Part shown: piece by piece, positions 21,502 through 31,134 of the stretch | Layout: every line of letters starts with the position of its first letter | Position numbering within the stretch: position 1 is the stretch's first letter | From: a virus | Lineage: Duplodnaviria; Caudoviricetes | Reading direction: 5' to 3' (one strand) | IMG/VR virus record: IMGVR_UViG_3300030419_006251 | Span: 128,001-192,000 of that record | DNA length: 64,000 bases | Notes under the pieces: generated by a model | Seen by the model: the letters and a program-made list of their open reading frames with translations, nothing else | Database searches by the model: none | What the model was told of the DNA's origin: nothing | Position numbers and translations under genes: made by a program

Positions 21502-22182
21502 TTAGGATTTTGTATATTTTACTATATTCCATTTATCTGAAAATTTAAACGATGTCGGCTTGATTGTGTGAAAAAATAATTTATCTGTTTTATGTGTCAT
21601 GCCATCAATAAGGTTGATAACACTACTATCAATACAATGTATTTCTGATGCATTTTGGATAATTTTTACATAATCGAGCAAGTTCTCCGTCAATCCGGGG
21701 CGAATTTCTATTACTGGTAATTTTGATTTTATATCCACAAAAAACTTTCCTATGCTGGACTGTTGGTGTAATAAAACATAATCCTTTTTGGTGTGCACTA
21801 AAGTCTCGTATAGTTTATCAGAATTTGGTATGTGGCTCGGCAGTTTAAAGTTTGAATATCTGATGGAAAAATCTAGGTTTAATTGTTCATAAAAGCATAT
21901 ATTACATTCTAATTCGCAAGTATCTAAATATTCAAATCCAACTCTAAGTACCGGTAGCTTCTTAGTATTACAGTAGTCTATAACATCCCTGTGTTCTACG
22001 GCCACAGGAAACACTGTTATATTATCCCAATCTTGATATAGGCACTGTACAGTATTAAAGTTGTGAAGCTTGGCTGGTAAATGAATTTTATCGTATGTTG
22101 TTGCAACTTGATGTACTAAGCCGTTGCATACGAAATGATCGCCCAAACCTAAGTGGTGATGTAGAACAACTTCTTTATTCAT
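21502..22182 (-). CDS. Hypothetical glycosyltransferase-like protein
   Basis: HLGLGD and IHCIDSS motifs reminiscent of GT-B sugar transferases; island context. Confidence 0.4.
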   Translation of the reverse strand: MNKEVVLHHHLGLGDHFVCNGLVHQVATTYDKIHLPAKLHNFNTVQCLYQDWDNITVFPVAVEHRDVIDYCNTKKLPVLRVGFEYLDTCELECNICFYEQLNLDFSIRYSNFKLPSHIPNSDKLYETLVHTKKDYVLLHQQSSIGKFFVDIKSKLPVIEIRPGLTENLLDYVKIIQNASEIHCIDSSVINLIDGMTHKTDKLFFHTIKPTSFKFSDKWNIVKYTKS

Positions 22183-23068
22183 CTTTAAGCCAATTTTCTA
22201 ATTTAATTTTTGGCGTCCAGTTGAGCAAATTCTGCGCTTTTGTATTATCAGCCAATGAAATTTCAGCTTCCGCTGGGCGAGGCGGAATGAAAGTATATTC
22301 TCCTCCGACAAGTTTTGCTAGCTCAACAATGCTGTGATTTTCTCCCGTTCCTATGTTTATAAGTTGGCCAATTGGCTTCTTATTTTCTAAATCTGCTGCT
22401 AATATATTAGCGGCGACTACATCAAGCACATTGGTAAAGTCTCTTCGCTGCCTTCCTGAGCCTATTATAGTCATCGGCAGACCCGCACCCTTCTGTCTTA
22501 GAAAGAGACCTACTACGGGTGCATATTGTCCTCTTACGGGCTGCCTTTTTCCATATACATTAAAATATCTGAAGACAACGGTTTCAAGCCCATATAAATC
22601 CATATACATTTTACACAAATCTTCGCCGGCACATTTCGAAATTGAATAAGGATTTAAACAATCTCGCGGCATATCCTCGTGGAGTGGAGGAATGTTTTTA
22701 AGTCCATAAGCAGCAGAAGTAGAGGAATAAACTACCCGTTTAACACCAGCTTCGCGTGATGCTTGAAGTATGTTGCATGTGCCGACAGTGTTTACGGTTG
22801 TTGCATAAATAGGATTGTGAATAGCTGGCTGGATTCTTGACTCAGCTGCTAGATGAAAAACAACATCGATATCTGTAAATAAGTGTCGTATTGCATCATA
22901 TTCGCAGATATCATATTTATAGTTTTTTGCATTCTCGTTCCAGTAAAATTGTTCATGTGCATCGGAAGACTCATTATCAATAACTATTACCTCATGTTCT
23001 AAATTGATCAATTCGTCAACTAAATTGCTTCCAATAAATCCAGCGCCGCCCGTAACTAAACATCTCAT
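22175..23068 (-). CDS. NAD-dependent epimerase/dehydratase (extended SDR)
   Basis: VTGGAGFIG, YSSTS, YSISK (YxxxK), RYFNVYG. Confidence 0.92.
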   Translation of the reverse strand: MRCLVTGGAGFIGSNLVDELINLEHEVIVIDNESSDAHEQFYWNENAKNYKYDICEYDAIRHLFTDIDVVFHLAAESRIQPAIHNPIYATTVNTVGTCNILQASREAGVKRVVYSSTSAAYGLKNIPPLHEDMPRDCLNPYSISKCAGEDLCKMYMDLYGLETVVFRYFNVYGKRQPVRGQYAPVVGLFLRQKGAGLPMTIIGSGRQRRDFTNVLDVVAANILAADLENKKPIGQLINIGTGENHSIVELAKLVGGEYTFIPPRPAEAEISLADNTKAQNLLNWTPKIKLENWLKDE

Positions 23069-24024
23069 TTTGCGTTCCCTTCAATAAACACATCATTAAA
23101 TTTTTTCATAACATTCTCTGGCGTGTATTTATCTACTAATACACTGTACTTTCCACCATGCGTTTCTCGTCTGACATTTACCAGATGTGTATATAACTCT
23201 TCTGGTTCGTTATACCATAGACCTTCTTCGCCAAGCATCTTAAGGTGATTTTGATCGCCCCCTCCTGGCCAAGCAATTACTGGCTTATCGTGATACAAAA
23301 ACTCTCCTATTGCTAAACCAAAACTTTCTCCCATGGCCCGGGCATGAATCATCGCATCGCACATTCCAATAAAATTTGATTTTTCTTGTAAATCGTAAAT
23401 CGGATCTAAATGAATAATATTGGGCAAAGGCATACAAAATCGATCTGTATTTAAAAATACAAAATATAAAAATCTATTATTTAAAGCTGCTCGTTCAATA
23501 ATCGAACCAATGGGCAAATTAAATTGATCTCTTCCGCCGTGTCGGCCAATAACAACTGCGTGTTCTGGAATATTCAATTGTGCGCGCATATCTGCATTTG
23601 GTTGTGGCATATTGATCATGTGAGGTACATACGGAGAATTACCAGAGGTCATCTTATCTGACAACCACTCCGACACATACGCATATATATCGCCGTGCGG
23701 CTCATAGTTTTGGAAAACTGCATGGACACCTGTTTTACACGCATCTGTTATTTTTCCATCTTTTTCTCCGCCTTTGATCATATAAAGTAAATCCGCCTGC
23801 TCTGCTTTAATAATTGCATCAACTTCGGACCAGTCATCGTATCCAAAAATCTCAAAATGTTTTTTGTACTTTTCAATCCCTAAAGGATGATTGGCGGTAG
23901 AACCCTTCCAGTGTAAAACAATAGATTCATTTCCTAATATTTTTCTATTAAAATATGCATAATCAAACATGGCTACAGAGGCGCCTCGCAAGCATATTTC
24001 ATTTGAGTGAAAGGCAATTTTCAT
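23065..24024 (-). CDS. Glycosyltransferase, GT4-like
   Basis: GESFGLAIGE donor-binding motif. Confidence 0.75.
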   Translation of the reverse strand: MKIAFHSNEICLRGASVAMFDYAYFNRKILGNESIVLHWKGSTANHPLGIEKYKKHFEIFGYDDWSEVDAIIKAEQADLLYMIKGGEKDGKITDACKTGVHAVFQNYEPHGDIYAYVSEWLSDKMTSGNSPYVPHMINMPQPNADMRAQLNIPEHAVVIGRHGGRDQFNLPIGSIIERAALNNRFLYFVFLNTDRFCMPLPNIIHLDPIYDLQEKSNFIGMCDAMIHARAMGESFGLAIGEFLYHDKPVIAWPGGGDQNHLKMLGEEGLWYNEPEELYTHLVNVRRETHGGKYSVLVDKYTPENVMKKFNDVFIEGNAK

Positions 24025-24698
24025 TTTAATATCTCACTGTTATAAAGGCCGCATTGCGAACCTTGTCTTGTAATTGGTGGCTCCCACCAATATACTTTCA
24101 TATCCGCCTCCTTCATATGATAATTGATCTCGAAATCAATTGGAAGCGTAAATGGTTTTGTATTCTTGTTTATTATAGCAGCTGCTTCATAGTTTATTAA
24201 ATACGAATCTACACATTTGCTAGCCGGATGTTCTTTGCGATATGCCACAACTCCGTCTTTCACCTTTCTTTTAGGAATTCTTAAATTACAACCATTGCCT
24301 ATAAAAATCAAATCCCAATCTTTTGGAGTCGATAGCAAATTAAAATTAAACACTTCAACAAATCTATCACTAAATAACAAATCATCTTCTAAAATAAGGG
24401 CGGTAGATATTTTATTATTTACAATATCTTCCCAGATTTTAATATGTTTATATGCAATTGATTTTTCAGATTTAGTAAGTTCTTTCCAAGGTATTGGGCC
24501 GCCATAATCTAAACTAAAAATTTTTTTATACCACAAATCACAATTACTATCATAGATCTCACCTAACTGCTTCTCAGTTGGCTCACACTCAATCCATGTT
24601 ACATCAATATTAAACTCTTGAAGTGTTTTGAGTAATTTTTCTTTTCTTTCTCGCAGCGGAGTATAATGAGCTACATAAATCTTATCAACCATCAACAT
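24021..24698 (-). CDS. Glycosyltransferase, GT25-like
   Basis: YKHIKIW, ALILEDD, SYLIN, LPID. Confidence 0.75.
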   Translation of the reverse strand: MLMVDKIYVAHYTPLRERKEKLLKTLQEFNIDVTWIECEPTEKQLGEIYDSNCDLWYKKIFSLDYGGPIPWKELTKSEKSIAYKHIKIWEDIVNNKISTALILEDDLLFSDRFVEVFNFNLLSTPKDWDLIFIGNGCNLRIPKRKVKDGVVAYRKEHPASKCVDSYLINYEAAAIINKNTKPFTLPIDFEINYHMKEADMKVYWWEPPITRQGSQCGLYNSEILK

Positions 24699-25573
24699 AT
24701 TATATTCTCCTCAAAAAACTTAAGCACTGATTCGGGCTTAACCGAGTCTGGAATTTTTCCTGATGGGAAAACCGGGGCTGTGATGTATTGTTCATATAAA
24801 CTATCGTCTGATTCAATTTCCTCAATTAAATCGACTACTTCAACCAAATCATTAAATTTATGTACATCAATAAATGCGTCTTTGTTGAAGTCCAAATGAG
24901 CAATCGGAGATCCCCAATAGATAGGAATACTACCAATCGACAATGGGTGCAACAACTTTTCTGTTGTATATCCCGGATGCGATGAATTTTCTGCCGCAAT
25001 TGTAAACCGGTAATTTGAAATAAAATCTACTTTGGGCTTCTGATCTCCTCGACCCGGAATTCGTTGACCCATATTGTTTAAAAGACTGCCGGCAGAGTCA
25101 ACTCGCTCGTACATTGAAATTTCATTTAACAGTGGTACTCGAATTCCCGTATGGTTGGAAAAAATAAAATTACAAAACTTTGGTTTCTTCCTTATTTTTC
25201 GAGGGCCAATTAAATTATTTAAAGGAGTTAAATAAGAAACATCTCGCTCTTCTGAGTGGGGTACATTGAACCAATTAATCCACAGCACCCAGAGAGGTAG
25301 GCGATAGTTTTTTGGGTTGTCCGAAAAATCAAATGAAAATGCAAATTCGCATTCATCGAAATTGGGCCTTTTATTCTCGCCAGTATAATAAACCTTTCGC
25401 GTCGTGCTGTGCGCTTTGTGCGAAGTTCCGAAATCTGCATAAAAAAGAATATCTGGAGTTTCGCTTATCTCCACATCGTACTTGGTCGAAAGAAGATGAT
25501 AAAAATAATTGTCCGTTGCAACAAAGTTTGGCCAAAAGTCAGCAAAGTTAATTTTTAACTTCATATATCCCAC
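24692..25573 (-). CDS. Alpha-1,3-fucosyltransferase-like (GT10)
   Basis: YTGENKRP, KFCNFIFSN, YRFTIAAENSSHPGYTTEK, IPIYWG (GT10 motif). Confidence 0.88.
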   Translation of the reverse strand: MGYMKLKINFADFWPNFVATDNYFYHLLSTKYDVEISETPDILFYADFGTSHKAHSTTRKVYYTGENKRPNFDECEFAFSFDFSDNPKNYRLPLWVLWINWFNVPHSEERDVSYLTPLNNLIGPRKIRKKPKFCNFIFSNHTGIRVPLLNEISMYERVDSAGSLLNNMGQRIPGRGDQKPKVDFISNYRFTIAAENSSHPGYTTEKLLHPLSIGSIPIYWGSPIAHLDFNKDAFIDVHKFNDLVEVVDLIEEIESDDSLYEQYITAPVFPSGKIPDSVKPESVLKFFEENIIC

Positions 25574-26223
25574 ACCCTGCTGTCGACATCATTTTCGTCA
25601 AATACTTGTCCTATAAAGTTAACAGGATATCCACCCTCGTCCAAACCTCCTTCTCGTTTTACGGGAAAAGGTTTCTTTTCAAAATAATCATCATGTACGC
25701 AAGATTCTTCGCGGACGATTGGGTATATTACATTTCTCAAAAAATCTTGATCAATCTGCCATCTGTCTTCTTTCGGAAATCTACTAATCAAACGCGACAT
25801 GTTAGATAAAAGACTATTTCTTACGCCCCACATTCCGCCCATGATTGGTGCTGCGTGACATGGGTGATCTCTCATAATATGAAAATCCTTATCTCCAGCC
25901 AACCAATCATCAACTGCTGCTTTCTCTCTTTGTGTTAGACGACTATCTGTGTCCCGCGAGATCATGACATCGACATTAGGATCTGATGCCGCATAAAACC
26001 TCCAAAACATTCCGTTCCAATCGCCGGGATCCTGCATGATGTATAATTCAGTATTATTCATCATGAATAAGTTGTTGATGATTCCCATGGGAACACATTT
26101 GGCAATATAAAATCGACATACCCAATCAGGATAAATTTCTTTTGCCAGTTGTGCATTTTTTATTGCACCAACAGTATATCTCGGATTCGAACCCCACAAA
26201 CAAAAACTAATGACCTTTTTCAT
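25561..26223 (-). CDS. Uncharacterised GT-A-like protein (KKVISFxLWG family)
   Basis: KKVISFCLWG, MFWRF, ISRDTDSR (DxD), IMGGMWG, DQDFL. Confidence 0.55.
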   Translation of the reverse strand: MKKVISFCLWGSNPRYTVGAIKNAQLAKEIYPDWVCRFYIAKCVPMGIINNLFMMNNTELYIMQDPGDWNGMFWRFYAASDPNVDVMISRDTDSRLTQREKAAVDDWLAGDKDFHIMRDHPCHAAPIMGGMWGVRNSLLSNMSRLISRFPKEDRWQIDQDFLRNVIYPIVREESCVHDDYFEKKPFPVKREGGLDEGGYPVNFIGQVFDENDVDSRVWDI

Positions 26224-27017
26224 AAACTCTCCACAATTCTTTTTGTTGTTTCAAACGAGCCTAGTCTAGAACAATTACGCTCGTACCATTGCCTGCCGTA
26301 GTAAGACAGGTATTGCCATTGCGCCTCAGAGCAGCCTTTGACCGCCTGCTGAACCTCTTGTGGCGTCTCAGCCCTTAAATAGTGCTTTCCCTCTATTAGA
26401 GGGTCGTGATAGGCCGTACAGACGCCTTCTGTAATTACCGGGACAACTCCAAGGCCCAAATATTCAATTTCTCTATTACATTTGGGCCCGTACCCCGGAA
26501 GGCACAACCCAAATTTTGTACTAGCAACTTTTTCTAAATATTCGTCTTGTGTAAATGGCCAATTAAAGCTATCACCCATCGCAATGGGCATGTTGAACAG
26601 CTCTATGGCTTCAAACCAGTTGTGAGCAGTTCTGTTTGCCAACTGAACTCTATTTTCGACTTTTCCGAGGAATATAGATTCAATTTCTCGCTCTGCATAT
26701 GTTTTAATTCCATTGTGAATCTTTTCCTCTAATTTTCGAGGATGTCTGGCCCAATAAATCCAAGGATGAGCGTTTGGCCATCGGTGCTGCATACCGGCAA
26801 ATAGGCCGCTCTTCCAGTGGCCAGGAAGATTCGGGTAAACATCATAACGATCATACTCATAAAGCAAAATATCTCCAGGTTCGTTAGCCCAAAGAAATAC
26901 ATCACCAGCATCGTCATCTATTATTTCGCAATAACCAGATTCTTGCCACATATCTAATAGTTCTCTTGATGTGTCACCTTTGTGTTCTGGAGTTTGTACG
27001 CCTCTGTGGATTTTCAT
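26220..27017 (-). CDS. Exostosin/GT47-like glycosyltransferase
   Basis: KFGLCLPGYGPKCNREIEYLGLGVVPV resembles the GT47 C-terminal motif. Confidence 0.55.
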   Translation of the reverse strand: MKIHRGVQTPEHKGDTSRELLDMWQESGYCEIIDDDAGDVFLWANEPGDILLYEYDRYDVYPNLPGHWKSGLFAGMQHRWPNAHPWIYWARHPRKLEEKIHNGIKTYAEREIESIFLGKVENRVQLANRTAHNWFEAIELFNMPIAMGDSFNWPFTQDEYLEKVASTKFGLCLPGYGPKCNREIEYLGLGVVPVITEGVCTAYHDPLIEGKHYLRAETPQEVQQAVKGCSEAQWQYLSYYGRQWYERNCSRLGSFETTKRIVESL

Positions 27018-27880
27018 GCTGCTCCGTAGAAGTTTTTAAGCTCGTTATTCTCAAACAGCTTGTTTCTTATTTCGGGAAACCGGTTTAACAAGTGTTTTGT
27101 GTATTTTCCACGAGAATCAACCGGTTCCCCTGCCCAATTATCTAGATCACACTGTTTTTGAAGCAAAAATACCATTTTTTGCTCATTATTCATTTTTATC
27201 TGCGATATTTGCTCTTTTGAGGCCTCAATACACGGAAAATCTTGAGAATTCGCCTGATTATACGCCTTATGGTCAAAAAAGTGATTTTTTGTGAATTCTG
27301 GGCTATTTGTGAATCTTTCTATCATTAAATCCTGATCTGAGCCATAATTTCCGTGTTTCATTGCATAATATGTATAAAAACTATCAAATTTCATTATATA
27401 TGGCACTTTTTGAGGTTTAAAGCTCGATAATCCTGCTAGCATGCGACATTTTATGCCATAATGGTTCTGATGTGTTCTTAAAGTACCAATTGCGCACGAA
27501 GATTGTTCAAATGCGCTTGTATATCGATATTCTGTCTCTGTTGGGATTGAATCTATATCTCTGGTATGAAAAACTTCAATATCCCTCTCCCACAATGGCA
27601 TCATACGCCAAATAGCCGGCTCGGTACCGGCATATTCTAGCTCAATTGTTTCATATGTCTGCGATAAGGCTTCAAATACCGGAAATAAGCGATGTTCCAT
27701 AATATTTGGAGTAATATAGACGCGCATTTCATGGTTTGGGTATAATATTCGGTTTGTTAACACTACTGAAGGGAGGTTAAACCAATATCTATCCCTATTA
27801 GCCCTATGTTTGTCGTGTGTTCTGTGTTGTGGTAGAATTTTTGGACTGAACAGACTGTACGAAAGCACCTTCTTCAGCAT
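27014..27880 (-). CDS. Uncharacterised GT-A-like protein, paralog of 25561-26223
   Basis: KKVLSYSLF, AIWRM, HTRDIDS, MLAGL, DQDLM. Confidence 0.5.
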   Translation of the reverse strand: MLKKVLSYSLFSPKILPQHRTHDKHRANRDRYWFNLPSVVLTNRILYPNHEMRVYITPNIMEHRLFPVFEALSQTYETIELEYAGTEPAIWRMMPLWERDIEVFHTRDIDSIPTETEYRYTSAFEQSSCAIGTLRTHQNHYGIKCRMLAGLSSFKPQKVPYIMKFDSFYTYYAMKHGNYGSDQDLMIERFTNSPEFTKNHFFDHKAYNQANSQDFPCIEASKEQISQIKMNNEQKMVFLLQKQCDLDNWAGEPVDSRGKYTKHLLNRFPEIRNKLFENNELKNFYGAA

Positions 27881-29855
27881 TTTCCCTCTCTTTCTCCATC
27901 ATAGTCTTATACTTTGTATAAATTTCCTTTTCTTCTTCCTGTTTCCAGGCAAAATTTTCAAAATTTGTAGAAATACCCTTTGGATTAAAATAGTATAAGC
28001 CTAAAATATCATTAATTTTCTTAAATTCTGCTCCTCCAAAAGTGCAGCGAAGAAAAAACTCCCAATCACCAGCCGATTTATAGTCGCTATTAAACTCTCC
28101 ATGTTGTTCGTGTAAAGATTTTCTCCACATTGGATTATTATGAGGCTGATTACCTCTTAACATAGCATCTTTTGAAAACTGTTCGAAATTATACCTGCGA
28201 TCTTGTGAAGTATTGTTATCGAATGTTTCGTTTGGTGCGTTTGTAATATAAGAATCTGCATATACGAGATCAATATTTGGATTTGTATATAATTCGCGTG
28301 CATGAACTTCTAAGGAATTAGATGCTTTTCTATCATCTAAATTGGCATTAGTTACATATTCGCCAGTAGCCAATTTTAGAGCCTCATTCCAAGTACCGTA
28401 TATGCCCGGATCTTCATCTAGCTTTTTATAGATAATGTTGTCGTATTTTTGCATATACTTTTCAATTACTTCCTCCTCATTCCCGGGAGAATTTGCATTA
28501 ACCAATATTAATTCACACTTATCGAACACAGTTTGATTAGTCATATCATTTAAGAATGGTTCGATGAATTCTTCGCCATCATAAACAGAAGTTATGATTG
28601 AAATCTTTGGCAATTCATCAGTATCAAATCTAATAATTTCTTGTCCCAATACAGATTCGGCAAACAATTTGTATTGCCTCTCTTCTGTGAAGGTTTTCAT
28701 AATATGTTTGTATAGCTTGTTTGCCATTCCAACATATTTGGTATAATCTTTCTTTACATTTCGTATAGTAGACTTATAACTTTTTTCAATTGGATAACAC
28801 CACATAGAATCGGGCTGCACAACTCCATCCCATACTGCTTCAGGCTGTACATGGTTTAGATTATAATCAACTCTTCCAAATAAGGGTCTAACTCTGCTTT
28901 TCTTGGATTTTTTATTAACAACTGGTGCATATAAGAAATCGCAATGTCCGCTCCAGGCCGGGGCAATCACTGGCAGCTTATGCTGTGCTGCTTCAAACAT
29001 AGGCAGGCCGAACCCTTCTCCATGTGCTAAGTTAATGAAGGCCTTAATTTTATCATTCGAATATAATCCAGCTAATTCCTCATTTGTCATAGAGCCGTGC
29101 AAAAAGTAAATTTTACACTTTCGCTCTCCATAGGGCTCTAAAAGTGCCTTAAGTTTCTTAGAAGTATAAAAGTGATCAATATTTGAATTTGTTTTCTGGA
29201 ATGTTTTGACCACTAGGCCGACTTCCTCATCTTTAAACTCCTCAACGAACCACTTAATTGTATTATCGAGATTTTTTCTAGGACCCCATTGTGACATTGT
29301 TAAAAAATTAAAATCATATTCTAAATCTAATTCCAACGGTTCAATATCATGCTGTTTGGTACAATAATTTACAGCTGTAACTGGCTTTTCACACTTTATT
29401 TTGAGTGGCGCGCCGGTACGACGATCAGTAGCATCATAACTAGTAATATCGAAGCCGGTTTTTGCAAACTCGGAAACAACAATAATTCTATCCATTAAAA
29501 AGCTTTTTTCTACCCATTGTGGAGCTATTTTAGTAGTTTCAATACCAGCAGTATATCCCACATCAACAGCAGCGATCTTTTCCCACTCATTAGGAATTGT
29601 TACTTGCAACGAAAGATCGAATTGACCACCAGACGAAATATATTCGATAGTCTTGGCTAATGTTGCATCAATCCATTTCCTTTCTTCTGAGACATCTGTG
29701 ATAAATCCAGTGTGGCCCCATGAAATGTTAATCAAATAGATATCAAATATATCTTCATATGCCCTAAGAGCGCGTAGAGCGAACCTACATTGCTCGCCAT
29801 ATCCAGAAAGTGACATGGCGGGGCCTTTTACTAAAATCTTCTTCTTGTTCGTCAT
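27804..29855 (-). CDS. Bifunctional glycosyltransferase (GT4 + GT2)
   Basis: GEGFGLPMFEA (GT4), then ISIITSVY...NANLDD (GT2). Probable start at the ATG at 29855, overlapping the upstream stop. Confidence 0.85.
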   Translation of the reverse strand: MTNKKKILVKGPAMSLSGYGEQCRFALRALRAYEDIFDIYLINISWGHTGFITDVSEERKWIDATLAKTIEYISSGGQFDLSLQVTIPNEWEKIAAVDVGYTAGIETTKIAPQWVEKSFLMDRIIVVSEFAKTGFDITSYDATDRRTGAPLKIKCEKPVTAVNYCTKQHDIEPLELDLEYDFNFLTMSQWGPRKNLDNTIKWFVEEFKDEEVGLVVKTFQKTNSNIDHFYTSKKLKALLEPYGERKCKIYFLHGSMTNEELAGLYSNDKIKAFINLAHGEGFGLPMFEAAQHKLPVIAPAWSGHCDFLYAPVVNKKSKKSRVRPLFGRVDYNLNHVQPEAVWDGVVQPDSMWCYPIEKSYKSTIRNVKKDYTKYVGMANKLYKHIMKTFTEERQYKLFAESVLGQEIIRFDTDELPKISIITSVYDGEEFIEPFLNDMTNQTVFDKCELILVNANSPGNEEEVIEKYMQKYDNIIYKKLDEDPGIYGTWNEALKLATGEYVTNANLDDRKASNSLEVHARELYTNPNIDLVYADSYITNAPNETFDNNTSQDRRYNFEQFSKDAMLRGNQPHNNPMWRKSLHEQHGEFNSDYKSAGDWEFFLRCTFGGAEFKKINDILGLYYFNPKGISTNFENFAWKQEEEKEIYTKYKTMMEKERENAEEGAFVQSVQSKNSTTTQNTRQT

Positions 29856-31123
29856 ACTTCCTCCATTGTCCACGACTGATAATTTTTTCTTGCATCCCAA
29901 GAACCATGAGTATTAATAATGTGCGTCATTACCTCATCCCATTTCTTTGTATAAGAATCAAATGAATAATTCTTTAAAACATGTTTTCGACCTTTAGCTC
30001 CCATTTTTTTCCTTTCTTCGCGAGTCATGTGGTACATTTTCTTCAAGGCATTAATAAAATCGTCCTTGCTAATTCTATCTTCATAGATATACGGTACATC
30101 CTGAGAGCCTATAATTGCCTTAGAAGAAGGCTCTATCCCTACTCCGAAATATTCCTTACCGTCTGTAACTTGTTCTTGCAATCCTCCAGTCATGTTTACA
30201 ATTACTGGGGTTCCGCAACTTAAAGATTCCAATGTTGATAACCCAAATCCTTCCGCATCTGAAATATTGATCGTACAGTCCGCCACATTATAAATCATTG
30301 CCAATTCTTTCAAATCAACCTTATTGACAGAAAGTAGCACTTGACCGTCGGTAATATCTAATTCTTCCAATATGGCCTCTAAGTCTTGCCCATGCGGATC
30401 TTTAGGTTCTGTGTGCATAATCAAAGTGGCATTATCATGTCCTACTTCGTCTAAAAATTCTTTAAACCACCAAATTAAAGTTCCGCTCTGCTTTCTTCGA
30501 GCGTTTCGATTATTCCAAAAGAAAACTACCTTTTCTTTTCCATTGACAATTAGTTTGTCATGTTTTTCTTTATATTCTTGTACCACTTGCTCAGATAATG
30601 GGCAATATGCAGATGACGGAACAGCGTGTGGAACATGGATACACTCAACATCAGGAGATACTGTTCTAACAATATCATCAGTAACTTTGGAAATTGTGCA
30701 CACAACATCATTAGAATCATAAAATTTCTTATTAAATGTCGGATAAGGATAATTATCCCACACATGATAGTACACCATTGGAACATGTGGACGAATTTCG
30801 TTTTCTATCATCCAAAGCCAAGTCCAAAACCTAGGATCAGTCATAAACCAGACAACATCTGGCCTCTCGTTGATTACTATAGAGCGCACCTGATCTTCAG
30901 TGCCATATCCATCGACCGGATATATGATCCAATCTTCGCCATATTCTTCAGTATATACTGGATTATGATTTTCGTGCCTGATGGCGCCGCCAAGCGAAAT
31001 AACTTTGTATTTGCCAGTATCAAGCAAGCCCTCGATCATAAATCTAGTCTGTGTGCCCACACCCGAGGGAGAGAGTGGATGGTCTGATAGTGTTAGTATT
31101 AGTGTTTTTTTGTCTTCTGTCAT
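29852..31123 (-). CDS. Glycosyltransferase, GT4
   Basis: NARRKQ, EGFGLSTLESLSCGTPVI. Confidence 0.88.
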   Translation of the reverse strand: MTEDKKTLILTLSDHPLSPSGVGTQTRFMIEGLLDTGKYKVISLGGAIRHENHNPVYTEEYGEDWIIYPVDGYGTEDQVRSIVINERPDVVWFMTDPRFWTWLWMIENEIRPHVPMVYYHVWDNYPYPTFNKKFYDSNDVVCTISKVTDDIVRTVSPDVECIHVPHAVPSSAYCPLSEQVVQEYKEKHDKLIVNGKEKVVFFWNNRNARRKQSGTLIWWFKEFLDEVGHDNATLIMHTEPKDPHGQDLEAILEELDITDGQVLLSVNKVDLKELAMIYNVADCTINISDAEGFGLSTLESLSCGTPVIVNMTGGLQEQVTDGKEYFGVGIEPSSKAIIGSQDVPYIYEDRISKDDFINALKKMYHMTREERKKMGAKGRKHVLKNYSFDSYTKKWDEVMTHIINTHGSWDARKNYQSWTMEEV

Positions 31124-31134
31124 TTTATTCCTTT

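Noticed and set aside
27804-27880. 77-nt overlap between the GT4-GT2 gene and the downstream gene as a dual-coding signal
   Set aside because: The overlapping tail is low-information and best explained by loss of a stop codon; no evidence of function.
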